Assembly: GCA_963796965.1 (NCBI GenBank)
Contig: CAWCNS010000016.1
Coordinates: forward strand, 64,001-128,000
From: Calditrichia bacterium
GTDB lineage: Bacteria > Calditrichota > Calditrichia > JAJRVZ01
Direction of reading: 5' to 3'
DNA: 64,000 nucleotides
Below are positions 32,324 through 43,618 of the stretch, in pieces. The notes under the pieces were generated by a model. That model ran no database searches. It was not told the origin of the DNA and was given only the letters and a program-made list of their open reading frames with translations. The translations under genes and the position numbers were made by a program. Positions within the stretch are counted from its first letter, which is position 1, and every line of letters starts with the position of its first letter.

Positions 32324-33463
32324 ATGGAAAGAATTAAATTGCTGGTCCTAATATCTCTGATATTCAATTTTTCATTATTTGGACAGGAGATTGAAAATGT
32401 TAATCATGTCATTGCTGCTATTGAGAAAGATAGATTCCATGGTTGGCCTGCCAATAATGGTGCCTGGCATTGGGAAGATGAGATATTAGTCGGGTTTACC
32501 CAGGGCGATTTTAAGGTTAAAGAAGGACATACGATTACAGGAATTCAGGAGAGTAAATTTGCCAGAAGTTTAGATGGCGGTGAAACCTGGAAAATGTTTG
32601 ACCCGGAGAACTTTCTGGATGATGAAAATATAAAATGGCTGCCTAACGGTAAAAAAAATATAGAGAAGCCAATGGATTTCAAGAATACCGGATTTGCCAT
32701 GCGGATCTTTGCCAGCGGCTATCATGGCAATGATGATCCGGAGGGTGGATTCTACTATTCATATGACCGGGGTGCTAATTGGAATGGACCATATTTTTTA
32801 GGGAAGGTTAATGACGATCCGGAACTAAAAGGAAAGACACTCACCCCTCGTACCGATTATATTGTCATGGATAAGCAGACGTGTTTTATTTTTATCACAG
32901 CAAAAGAGAACAGAAAAGTTAAAACCAGTAGGATAGCTTGCATTCAGACCAGAGACGGTGGCATTAGTTTTGAATTTATTGCCTGGGTTACACCCTTAGA
33001 TGGAAACAGCAATGCTATCATGCCCAATACAGTGCAGCTATCCGACAATAAATTTGTATTGACCTTCCGAAATATTAATGTGGACAAATCACAACTGGAA
33101 AGCACCATTGATGCTTATGTGTCCAATAATCGATGCCGTTCCTGGCAGTTTCTCAGCACCATTAAAGAGATTAAAAACAATTCCAATCCTCCGGCAATTG
33201 TCAAACTCCGGGATGGAAGACTATGCTGTATTTATGGTGATCGGGATAACCTGTTCATTGGTGGAAAATACAGCGAGGATGAGGGCAAGACCTGGAGTGA
33301 AGAGTTTATTATTCGCAATGATTTTAAAGGGCTGGGCGATTGGGGCGATATGGGTTATCCCAGATTGGTCCAAAGAACAGACGGCAAACTTGTTGCTATG
33401 TATTATTGGGCAACCGCAGATCATCCTCAGCAGCATATCGCCGCGTCGATCTGGATGCCCTAG
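32324..33463 (+). CDS. Secreted sialidase-like (BNR/Asp-box beta-propeller) protein
   Basis: Signal peptide; Asp boxes SLDGGETW, SYDRGANW, SEDEGKTW; DMGYP. Confidence 0.8.
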   Translation: MERIKLLVLISLIFNFSLFGQEIENVNHVIAAIEKDRFHGWPANNGAWHWEDEILVGFTQGDFKVKEGHTITGIQESKFARSLDGGETWKMFDPENFLDDENIKWLPNGKKNIEKPMDFKNTGFAMRIFASGYHGNDDPEGGFYYSYDRGANWNGPYFLGKVNDDPELKGKTLTPRTDYIVMDKQTCFIFITAKENRKVKTSRIACIQTRDGGISFEFIAWVTPLDGNSNAIMPNTVQLSDNKFVLTFRNINVDKSQLESTIDAYVSNNRCRSWQFLSTIKEIKNNSNPPAIVKLRDGRLCCIYGDRDNLFIGGKYSEDEGKTWSEEFIIRNDFKGLGDWGDMGYPRLVQRTDGKLVAMYYWATADHPQQHIAASIWMP

Positions 33464-33728
33464 TTGAGCATCATCCAAATACCCTCTCCTGCATTTAAAA
33501 CATGATTATTAAGTAGAGCGTGGAGCCTACAGATAGAAGCCTTGGTTCGATATCTAATATTCAATAATCAATGTTCAATTTTAGAATTTCATATATACTC
33601 TGCAAAAAAGAATATCATCCGTATCCTATTCCCGTGATAAAATGAAAGCAAGAATCGGGTGGAAGAAAGATGTCATCTTTGTAAATTATGATAAATATTA
33701 AGCAGTCATGTAAAAAGGATGGATTAAG

Positions 33729-34577
33729 ATGACAGAAATTTTTGCCCGGAATGCCCTTGATTACCAGCGGGTAGAAGAAATTATCCTCTATATCGAAGAA
33801 AATTTTAAACACCAGCCGGAATTAAAAGATGTTTCTCAACATATTGGTTTAAGTGAATTTCACCTCCAGCGATTGTTTAAACGCTGGGTCGGTATTAGCC
33901 CGAAAAGATTTCTCCAATATCTCACCAAAGAATACGCCAAATCTTTATTACGAAATTCAGAGAATATTTTATCAACAACCTATGCCAGTGGACTTTCCGG
34001 ACCAGGCAGATTACATGATTTATTTGTTAAATGTGACGCTGTTACACCGGGAGAGTATAAAATGATGGGGCAAAATCTGGATATATTTTATGGCATTCAT
34101 CAAACACCTTTTGGAGGTTGTCTGGTTGCCCAGACGGAGAGGGGGATTTGTGGACTTTTTTTCCTTCAGAAAAACAATGGATCCAGATATATTCAACGCC
34201 TTGAAAACGACTGGCCAAATGCCACAATTATAAATGATTTGCAAAAAACAGAAGGCACAGTAAAACATATATTTAACTTTGCCAATTGGGATAAGAAACA
34301 ACCCTTAACTCTCTTTCTCCAGGGTACAAATTTTCAAGTCAAGGTCTGGGAAGCTTTGTTAAAAATTCCTCAGGGCAATGCGGTTGCTTATGAGGATATC
34401 GCGAAATCCATAGGCAATCCCAAAGCGGTGAGAGCCGTTGGTTCTGCTGTGGCTAAAAATCCTGTCTCTTTTATCATTCCCTGTCACCGGGTCATCAGAA
34501 AATATGGGGATTATGGTAATTATCAGGGAGGTCCGGCTCGGAAGAAGGCGCTATTGGCCTGGGAGGCGGCTTGTTAG
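33729..34577 (+). CDS. ada: AraC-HTH / methylated-DNA-protein-cysteine methyltransferase (Ada-like, no N-terminal Zn domain)
   Basis: HLQRLFKRWVGISPKRF, GTNFQVKVWEAL, IPCHRVI. Confidence 0.88.
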   Translation: MTEIFARNALDYQRVEEIILYIEENFKHQPELKDVSQHIGLSEFHLQRLFKRWVGISPKRFLQYLTKEYAKSLLRNSENILSTTYASGLSGPGRLHDLFVKCDAVTPGEYKMMGQNLDIFYGIHQTPFGGCLVAQTERGICGLFFLQKNNGSRYIQRLENDWPNATIINDLQKTEGTVKHIFNFANWDKKQPLTLFLQGTNFQVKVWEALLKIPQGNAVAYEDIAKSIGNPKAVRAVGSAVAKNPVSFIIPCHRVIRKYGDYGNYQGGPARKKALLAWEAAC

Positions 34578-34672
34578 CCGGGAGAGTAGAGCGTGAAGCG
34601 AAGAGCGAATAGCGAAGAGAGAGCAGCGAAGAGTATAAAGAGTATCTTCACTCTTCGCTCCTCATTATATGC

Positions 34673-34871
34673 TTATGATTTTTTTCCTTTACCAATGGTC
34701 GAGAATTTAAACGGAACATAAGCAGGACACCATCCCACAAAGCTCGGTGGCCAGAGGAATCAGCCCAATCCAACCCCAGGGTGTCTGTGGTCCCACAAAT
34801 ACGAGTGAAATTAATACCAGGCCAACAATTATCCGCAAAGTTTTGTCAATACTACCCATATTCTTTGTCAT
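34673..34871 (-). CDS. DUF2892 (YgaP-like) small membrane protein, missed by the ORF track (frameshift near 34744)
   Basis: RBS AAGGAG; MTKNMGSIDKTLRIIVG...WGWIGLIPLAT(G)FVGWCPAYVPFKFST. Confidence 0.85.
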
Positions 34872-34915
34872 AATTTTCTCCTTAATTATTTGTAAAATGA
34901 ATATAATGAATTTTA

Positions 34916-35093
34916 GTCCACGAATTACACGAATTTTCTGAATATAATATTAACAACTTCAATAGATGCTTTTTAATAGTATTATACTTATATGGTTTAG
35001 ATTTGGGTACAATTTTGATTAAATCTACTACAAAAGAAGTCATCATGTACAAAATTTTTGTGAAAATTCGTGTAATTCGTGTAATTCGTGGAC
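34916..35093. repeat. MITE-like unit: perfect 20-bp inverted repeat of 9-nt periodic arms around an AT-rich spacer
   Basis: GTCCACGAATTACACGAATT (34916-34935) / AATTCGTGTAATTCGTGGAC (35074-35093). Confidence 0.85.
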
Positions 35094-35219
35094 CATGTTT
35101 TAATAATGAGTCAAATACCACAGCAGGAATTTATCTTTTTGCTCCTGTAAAAGAAATATAATAAGTTTAGAGATAAATTTATGTAAAATTGATTACTCTT
35201 TTTAGAATAAGGGCTTTAA

Positions 35220-36130
35220 ATGTCAATCCGATTCGAAAATATCAATTGTCTACTTTGTAACTCTTTAGAACAGAATGTCCTATACAAAGATGTTCCCGAC
35301 AGATTCTCAATTAAAGACAAGCATAATGTCGTGCGCTGTAATCGTTGCGGTTTTACATTTCTTGCACCCCGTCCTATGGAAGATGAAATGGCTAAATTTT
35401 ATGATTTGGCTGATTATCAACCCCACAATCTTTCAGAATCGTCTTTCTTTGACCGTCTTTACGGATTTATACGAAACAGAAACTCAGTCAATAAAAGAAA
35501 GTTAATACAAAAATATGTTAAATCTGGAAATATTTTGGACATCGGTTGCGGAACGGGTGATTTCCTTTCAGAGATGAAATCAGCAGAATGGTCCATTAAG
35601 GGGATGGAGACGGCACCCGAGGCACGGAAAATTGCAGAAACAAAAGATATTGAGGTTTTAGATGAATTGTGGAAAGTTGAGGATAACTTTGATGTGATTA
35701 CCATGTGGCATGTTCTGGAACATGTGCATCGTGTTGAAAATCTGTTTGAAAATATTAAGCGTTTACTCAAACCTGGTGGCTATCTAATTCTGGCTGTACC
35801 AAATATTGAAAGCTGATGATGCCCGACATTATAAAAATGCCTGGGTGGCTTTAGATGCGCCCCGCCATCTCTATCATTTTCGGCCGGAAGATATTTCTCA
35901 GTTGCTTCAGCAGAACGATCTGGATATAAAAAAGATCAGTTCCCTGCTTTATTTCGATCCCTGGTATAACGCTCTTTTATCGGCAAAAATTAAAGCTGAG
36001 ATAAATGAAAAGAGAAATTTGCGATATCTATTTGGGGCACTCGCTGTAGCTAAACTATCCTTTTTTAATGGCCTCCTTACTAAGCTCGAAATGCTCTAGC
36101 CCAGTTTTCATTGCAAAGATGAAAGGGTGA
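35220..36130 (+). CDS. Class I SAM-dependent methyltransferase with N-terminal Zn ribbon (frameshifts near 35812 and 36090)
   Basis: CLLC..CNRC, LDIGCGTG, WHVLEH, AVPN, DAPRHLYHF. Confidence 0.85.
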
Positions 36131-36754
36131 AAAGAGAAGAGCGAGGAGAGAAGAGCGTGAATCGTCGCGATGCGATTTATCGCGTCGACCAATAAAATTT
36201 AAAATAAATATTTTATAATCAACATGGCACATTCCATATACAAGAATTTTAATTCTGAATTGTGAAAACTGAGTAGAGAATTATTATACGGCGTACCAAC
36301 GGGAAAACAAAGCAGTAAAATAACAATTTTCCCAATCATTGAATTGAAATAAATCAGATTTTTATTGTTTTCCCGCCCTCATATTCATATCTTGGTTTTA
36401 TTTAACTCCTATCAATCTAATATTTTCTACTTCAGAATAATTCTGAAAACCGTTTTCATATATTAAATTTGTGTAATCAGTCCACAAGGGCTTGTTCTGG
36501 AAATGAGGTGTTTCAGGGAACACAATTCGACAATTATCTTTCATGCTTGCCAGTACGTAGGCAAATGGTATTTACTATTATTGATTTAATGTGGGTGACT
36601 TTCAGGATGTGAAGAAGATGATAATGCTTAGGTGACGTTGCTTACATGGTGATCCGTATCCCCATTTCAAGTGAGTATCCTTTATCATTTATATAAAGGT
36701 TCATATCCAACCTTACCAATAATAAGAGTCGTTTTTTCTTGAGAGGATGATCCT

Positions 36755-36994
36755 ATGACTGATATTAAAGAGGTTGTTGACTATCTTGTAAAACAGATAG
36801 TCGATAGTCCAAATGAGGTTGAGATAACTGAGAAGAGCGGTGAACATGTAATTATATTTGAAATCCATGCCAAGAAACAGGATTTTGGGAAAATACTTGG
36901 AAAACAAGGAAGAAATATACAAGCGATTAGAACACTTGTAAACGCTGTTTCTGCACAAGCGGGAAAAAGAGCAATAATCGAAGTAATTGAGTAG
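36755..36994 (+). CDS. khpA: KH-domain RNA-binding protein, KhpA/YlqC family
   Basis: LVKQIVDSP..V, DFGKILGKQGRNIQAIRT. Confidence 0.85.
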   Translation: MTDIKEVVDYLVKQIVDSPNEVEITEKSGEHVIIFEIHAKKQDFGKILGKQGRNIQAIRTLVNAVSAQAGKRAIIEVIE

Positions 36995-36997
36995 ATT

Positions 36998-37028
36998 AAA
37001 AAAGGGTCGCGTTACCGCAACACCGGCC
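36998..37028 (-). terminator. Hairpin + U-tract oriented for a minus-strand transcript
   Basis: Minus strand GGCCGGTGTTGCGGTAACGCGACCCTTTTTT; closely similar to the rpmA terminator. Confidence 0.55.
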
Positions 37029-37364
37029 AATATGCCTAAACTCAATAAAAACAATGACTACGTATAGGTGTCTATTGGTGACAGATAGACACCTATCATT
37101 CCATACAATTCCGAATATTTCCATACATATCCACACCATCGGTTGCCACCTATCTGCCACCGGAGCATAATTTATATTCATGTGGAAGTACCGCCGTGGA
37201 CATAAGGCATGAAGAATTAGTGGTTGAAATTTTACCAATATAAGATATATCCGATTTCTATTGCATCAACGATTACATTTTTATAGTTTACAACAATAAT
37301 AGTCTCAAGTTCCTTCCCTTAGTATAAAACAACATACGCACTCTTTTCAACCAGGTAATTCTAT

Positions 37365-39985
37365 ATGATCGGAAAAACCGTTTTTCATTATATGATCACC
37401 GGGAAAATCGGTGAAGGTGGTATGGGTGTTGTTTATAAAGCCGAAGACACAAAACTCAAGCGTAATGTTGCTTTAAAATTCCTGCCCCCTGAATTTACCC
37501 GCGATCCGGAGGCAAAAAAGCGTTTTCTTCATGAAGCCCAGGCTGCTTCCTCCTTACAGCATCGAAATATCTGTACCATTCATGAAATCGACGAAACCAG
37601 CGAAGGGCAGGTTTTTATCTCAATGGATTTCTATAAGGGAGAATCCCTTAGCGAGAAAATCAGCCGTAGACCTTTGCCACTTAATGAAACCATTGATATT
37701 GCTTCTCAAATAGCACGGGGATTGAACAGTGCCCATAAAGTGGGAATTGTCCATCGGGATATTAAACCGGCAAATATCCTGATTACAGAACAAAATGAGG
37801 TAAAGATAATCGATTTCGGATTAGCTAAATTGACTGACAGATCGAAGGTCACGCGTTCCGGTACAACGTTGGGCACGGTTGCCTATATGTCCCCGGAACA
37901 GTTACAAGGAAAAAAAGTTGATCAACGTAGCGATATCTGGTCGTTGGGTGTGCTGATGTATCAGATGATCACGGGAATCCTTCCCTTCAAGGGTGAATAT
38001 GAGCAGGCGTTATCTTATGCAATATTGAATAAAGAACCGGAACCAATTACGGCACTTCGCACAGGTGTGCCCCAGGAACTGGAGTGGATTGTCATGAAGA
38101 TCCTGGCAAAGGATCCGGGACACCGCTACCAGCATGCGGATGAGCTGCCAGTAGATCTACAATCGGTAGAGGTGGGTGATAATGTCGTCTCCCGTCATAT
38201 CTACTAAGAAGAGCCTAACCTCGCTTAAATTACGAGTAATGCGAGGGAAAACAGTAATAGGGATGTTGTTTGTTGGATTTTTCATCGGTGTAATTCTGAC
38301 AAGCGTTTTATTAAGATTGAACAGTACAGAGGTTGAGCCGGTTCTAGATGTGATGCGATTTCCTATATTCAGCTTCACTACCTAATGTATGATCCATGGC
38401 TTGCTATTTCACCAGACGGAAAACAAATTATTTATCAAGGTGCGAACAACGAGGATCTTTACCGATGGCCTCTAAACCAGCTGGAAGATCAATTCCTTGG
38501 AATAAAGGGGCGGAAACAATTTTTCTCACCGGATGGCCGTTGGCTTTGCTATCAGGCTGATGGGAAGAATACTTTATAAAATATCGGTTGAAGGAGGGCT
38601 TCCGATTCCTCTGACAAAATTACACAAATACATCTAAGAGGGGCCTTTTGGGGTTTTGATGAACGAATTATTTTTGCCGTAAGAGAAAATCTTTACATGG
38701 TAGACACCGACGGATCAAATCCACACATGATCGCCAAACCTCATGCCGGTAAAATAAGATATCCAGCCCCCCTGCCCGGTGGCAAATCCATTCTATGTAC
38801 AGTTTGGCACGGGATACTTGAGCAAGCGCAAATCGGTTTATTAGATCTGGAGACTGATAGTTTAGAGGTGCTGGTCGAAAGAGGCACATCTCCGGTTTAT
38901 ACGCATTCCGGTCATATCGTTTATGCCAATCAGGATGGTGTCCTCATGGCTAGTCCCCTTTGATGTCACTAGTCAAAAAGTTACAGGGAGATCCGTACCC
39001 ACCTCCATCGTTGTAGATCAGAGACCATTAGCAGGAGATTCATTTTATTCGCTTTCCAGCAACGGAATACTTGTCTATGTCCCACTCTAATATTGTTCTA
39101 AGATACTGTCGTCGAGGTAGATCGAAAAGGTAATGAAAAAATCCTGATTTCGGAACCCAGACAATTATGAACATCCACGTTATTCACCGGATGGCAAACA
39201 ATTACTTGTTCAGATTAAAGATAAAGGAAAATTTATTATCTGGATTTATGATATTGAAAGTGGCAGCTGGTTTTCTCATATCGCTATTGATGATAATCAA
39301 CGAAATCCCGAATGGCACCCGGATGGCAAGTCGATAATATTTTCTACATTGGGTATGCCTGATTTTAACCTGTATAGAATTTCAGCAGATGGTACCAGTA
39401 AATTAGATACACTTTATACTGCCACAGAGTATCATGGCTTTAACTCTATTTCCCCCGATGGGAAATGGCTTTTTCTTATAACCCATACACAAAAGACAAA
39501 AATGGATATATGCAGACTTCCCTACGGTGAAAAGTCCAAACCTCAAATAGTGATCCAGACGCTTTTTGACGAGGAGGCGGCAACGCTTTCTCCTAATGGG
39601 CACTGGCTGGCCTATCATTCAGAAACAACCAGGAAGTATGATGTATATATCCGATCTTTCCTGGATAAAAGCAAAGAAGCAATAAAAATTTCCAAGGAAG
39701 GTGGCTGGCTACCCGTATGGCATGCCGATGGAAAAGAATTATACTATCAATTTGTGGAATAAGATTTATGCGGTTAAGATTACAGATGATCCGGAATTTA
39801 AGAAAAGTGAACCACATCTATTATTTGAAAGAGAAATAGGTACTGGGGGGGGGGGTAGAAACTGGGATATACACCCGGATGGGAAAAGATTTGTTATGAT
39901 CAAAGGTGGTGAAAAAAAGCCGAATCGTATGAATGTTGTTATAAACTGGTTTGAGCAATTAAAGAGGCTCGCACCGGTACATTGA
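37365..39985 (+). CDS. Ser/Thr protein kinase - TM - TolB-like (PD40) beta-propeller, broken by several indels
   Basis: GEGGMGVVY, VALK, HRDIKPAN, DFG, YMSPE; TM near 38250-38310; repeated SPDG motifs in successive frames; C-terminal VVINWFEQLKRL. Confidence 0.85.
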
Positions 39986-40046
39986 TAAAAAGAATAAATC
40001 CATTTAAAACATAATGAAAATTCAATAAAAGAGGCTTGGCTATCGG

Positions 40047-41589
40047 ATGTCTGTAACGAACGATGAGGTGATGGTAATAGCTAATCTCAGGCAAGCGGTT
40101 GATGAACTCTCCTTTCTGAATAAATTATCTAACACAATTAGTTCGACACTTGATGTTCAGGAGATTATGGCGACGATCATAACCAGTTCTATTAAAGTAA
40201 TTGATGTAGAACAAGGTACGATTATGCTTTTGGAAGAAAAAACAAAATTATCATTTAAAACCCTTATACGCGGTGTTGATGAGAAATATCACGGTAAACT
40301 CTATAAACTTGGTGATTATCTGTTCGGTTGGATGATTGAAAACCAGCGGCTATTGCTTGTAAATGACACATCCAATAATGAACATGTAAAAGGGCTGGAA
40401 GCAAGAGAAAGCGGCATATTATCCCTGCTAAGCATACCCTTACTTTTTAGGGGCCAATTAATCGGATCAATCAATCTGTACAACAAAAAAGGTGAGAATC
40501 AATTTTCTGAAAGCGATCAGAGACTTATGTCCATCATCGCTTCCCAGGTGGCATCCTTTTTAGCCAATGCCAGATCTTTTGAACAGGTTCAGGAATCAAG
40601 AGATGTGCTCCAGAGACAAACCATTAATCTCCAAAAAGAAGTGGGTTCAGGTTATGGATTTAACGGTTTTATCGGTGAAAGTGCACAAATTTTAGAAATA
40701 CAGGATAAAATTAAAATCCTGTGCCGATAGCGCGGCTAACGTATTGATAACCGGTGAGACCGGAACTGGTAAAGAACTCGTTGCAAAAATGATTCATTAC
40801 AACAGTGATCGAAAAAATAAGTTATTTATTGATGTGAATGCGGCGGCTATTCCGGATAATCTTATCGAAAGTGAATTTTTTGGTATAGAAGAGGGTGTTG
40901 CTACAGGTGTGAATAAACGAATTGGATTATTTGAACAAGCCAATGGCGGCACAATTTTTATCGATGAAATTAGTGATATGAGTATGGCTTCCCAGGCAAA
41001 AATTCTTCGTGTTCTGGAAGAGCATAAAATTCGTCGCGTGGGCAGCAATTATAATAAAGATATTGATGTCCGGGTCATTGTAGCAACTAATAAGAATCTT
41101 AAGGAAGAGGTTAATCTCAAAAAATTTCGTGAAGATTTATACTATCGTCTATGCGTTTTAGAGATTCAGCTGCCTCCTCTTCATGAACGACGAGAGGATA
41201 TTCCACGATTAATCGATCATTTTGTGCGAAAATTCTCCATAAAAGCGGGAAAAGTGGTCAATGGATTTACCGATGAAGCAGTAAATGCAATGGTGAGTTA
41301 TAATTGGCCAGGTAATATCCGCGAATTGGCAAATGTGGTGGAACGGTCGATAATAATAACAAAGGAACCTGAAATAGGATTAGAATATTTGACTCCGGAA
41401 ATTAAGCCGGCTGACGGATCACTATTTAACCCTGGGGATTCGTTCGATGAAGCTCTCAAGAATTTTAAGATCCATCTGATTACCAAAGCACTTCGGAAAT
41501 CGGGAAATAATAAAGCGGAGGCGGCACGGAATTTAAATATCAGCAAAGGATATCTATTCAGATTATTGAAACAATTTGATTTAAAATAG
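40047..41589 (+). CDS. GAF domain sigma54-dependent enhancer-binding protein (frameshift near 40722)
   Basis: GAF (IPL..GQLIGSINLYNK, FSESD..L); GETGTGKE, ESEFFG..GVATGV, FIDEI, FREDLYYRL, WPGNIREL, Fis-type HTH. Confidence 0.9.
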
Positions 41590-41690
41590 CATTTTCCTCA
41601 TAAATTCTTTATAAAATCATCTCTCAACCAGTAAAAACCTGGCTAAAAAAACACAGTTTATGGTTATAATAGCATAACGTAACAATACCG

Positions 41691-41858
41691 CAAATGAAAA
41701 ATGTCCAATGCCCAAATCTAAATGACAAATCAAATCCCAATGTCTCAAATTTAAATAGTTACTGATTTATTTATGTGTATGGATTTTGATCTTCGTTTGA
41801 TTCTAAAATTTGGACATTTGTCATTCTTTTGTAATTGGGATTTTGACATTGGGCATTA
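41691..41858. repeat. Inverted pair of degenerate 7-nt periodic arrays
   Basis: AATGTCCAATGCCCAAAT..AATGACAAAT..AAATCCCAATG ... TTTGGACATTTGTCATT..TTGGGATTTTGACATTGGGCATT. Confidence 0.75.
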
Positions 41859-41976
41859 ATATAAACTTATCTCCGATTTTACTGTAGTGAATAATACCGG
41901 TTAGATTTTATCAAACCCTATCCTACTTAAATATCCCTCAGACTTAGGTAAATCCTGTTTATCCAAATAACACCTA

Positions 41977-42028
41977 ACCGTCTACAAATGTAGACGGTGC
42001 TGTTAAGCACGCATCTACAATATATGAC
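41977..42028. promoter_or_regulatory. Candidate upstream activator sequences
   Basis: Perfect palindrome ACCGTCTACA-AA-TGTAGACGGT (41977-41998); second TCTACA half-site 33 nt downstream at 42014. Confidence 0.65.
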
Positions 42029-42130
42029 TATCCCAAATTAGTAAATATTTCTAAATGAATATACCTAACCTTTTGTTATTTAGACGATCATCAAGGTTAA
42101 ATAGAGATATCACAATACCATAAATAGAAA

Positions 42131-42146
42131 TGGTATATTGTTTGCA
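42131..42146 (+). promoter_or_regulatory. Sigma54 (-24/-12) promoter
   Basis: TGGTAT-ATTGT-TTGCA: GG-N10-GC spacing exact; lies downstream of a bEBP gene. Confidence 0.75.
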
Positions 42147-42432
42147 TAAGATACCTTCAGAGAAACTTAATCACTCTGGAGGTTGTCATGACCTATCGCA
42201 TACTATTTCTTTCAAAAGCCTGAATCAGATGTATCATTACCGGTTGGTTGATCGTTAAATTTGCAGATGAAGTAATACGATTGGAGATCATGATTCCTGA
42301 TATCTAAGGCAACAATGATCAATTTAGTGAAATGCAAACGGAACCAACCTTTGCTGCGGATAGCAGAGGAATTTTATTATATCATGACAGCATAAAGCTG
42401 CTAAAACCACTTATTTAAAAGGAGATAATGCT

Positions 42433-43389
42433 ATGAAAATTTCAAAGTACTTCAACGTTGTATCCCTTTCATTTTTAGGATTCCTGTTAATTATCGGGTG
42501 CAGTGAAAAACAAATGGCACCCACAGAAACGGGTCAGGTGCAGGAACAGGTTGCCCTGGAAAAGAAGTCTTTACCCTCTGGGCCAAAGATTCTGTTTACA
42601 AGCAATCGTGACGGCAACCAGGAGATTTACGTCATGAAAGGCGATGGTTCTAATCCGAAACGCCTGACGAATACTCCTGAGAATGAAAATTGGCCGCGTT
42701 GGTCTCCCGACAGGGAAAAAATTGCCTATAATATCAATCATGAAAACAAGAGGGATATCTATGTTATGAATGCTGATGGATCCGGGCAAACAAAACTGAC
42801 TAATAATCCTTGGTGGGATTATTATCCGAGTTTTTCTCCTGATGGCGATAAGATTGCCTTCACAACCTGGCGGGATGGCAACCGCGAGGTTTACGTTATG
42901 AATGTCGATGGTTCCGGGAAGACGAATCTGACAAATAATCCGGCTAGCGACGGTGATCAAAGTTGGTCCCCTAACGGTGAAAAGATTGCCTTCAATAGTA
43001 ATAGAGACGGCAATCCGGAAATTTATGTCATGAATGCCGATGGATCTGATCAAATCCGTCTGACGGACCAACCGGGTATGGATGCCTGGCCGAGTTGGTC
43101 CGCTGACGGTGAAAAAATTGCTTTCAGTAGTAGTAGAGACGGCAATATGGAGATCTACATCATGAATGCCGACGGATCTGATCCAACCCGTCTGACGGAT
43201 CATCCCGATTGGGACGCTTGGGCGAGTTGGTCTCCTAACGGGAAAAGGCTGGTGTTTTGTAGATATGATTCCGGGAACTATGAGATTTTTGTCATAAATG
43301 CCGATGGATCTGAACCAACGAACCTGACAAATAATTCGCCTCTCGAATTAGATCCCCATTGGGGCTTCTTCGGCACTTGTGAAGATTAA
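42433..43389 (+). CDS. TolB-like PD40-repeat beta-propeller lipoprotein
   Basis: RBS AAGGAG; lipobox IIGC; about six WSP.G.KIAF.S.RDGN.EIYVMNADGS repeats. Confidence 0.9.
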   Translation: MKISKYFNVVSLSFLGFLLIIGCSEKQMAPTETGQVQEQVALEKKSLPSGPKILFTSNRDGNQEIYVMKGDGSNPKRLTNTPENENWPRWSPDREKIAYNINHENKRDIYVMNADGSGQTKLTNNPWWDYYPSFSPDGDKIAFTTWRDGNREVYVMNVDGSGKTNLTNNPASDGDQSWSPNGEKIAFNSNRDGNPEIYVMNADGSDQIRLTDQPGMDAWPSWSADGEKIAFSSSRDGNMEIYIMNADGSDPTRLTDHPDWDAWASWSPNGKRLVFCRYDSGNYEIFVINADGSEPTNLTNNSPLELDPHWGFFGTCED

Positions 43390-43618
43390 GCCTGAGATAT
43401 TGGGATGTTTATCTTTTTGGGATTGAGACTAATCTTGATGGTATAGATTCATTTCGGGATGTGAAGAAGATAAGATGATGTCGGGATTTGAGATACGAGA
43501 TTCCGGATATGGAATTTGGAACTGGGAAATCGGAATTGTGAAGGGTATGGATATGGAGAATAAAAAACTGAGCAGTGAGATGTAAGACTACGTAAAATAT
43601 GTAAAAGGATATATTGCT

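Noticed and set aside
35810..35820. In-frame TGA as selenocysteine or recoding
   Set aside because: The downstream homologous sequence is in a different frame, so this is an indel, not read-through.
36225..36241. TGGCAC as a sigma54 promoter upstream of khpA
   Set aside because: No GC at the -12 position.
37365..41589. Genuine pseudogenisation or programmed frameshifting of split genes
   Set aside because: Indels also hit core genes, lack slippery-site signatures and leave motifs intact; sequencing error is more parsimonious, though the heavily broken kinase could be truly decaying.
42571..43203. Long antisense ORFs (42571-43203, 53063-53491, 60876-61376, 57838-58221 and similar)
   Set aside because: Shadows of well-supported genes on the opposite strand.
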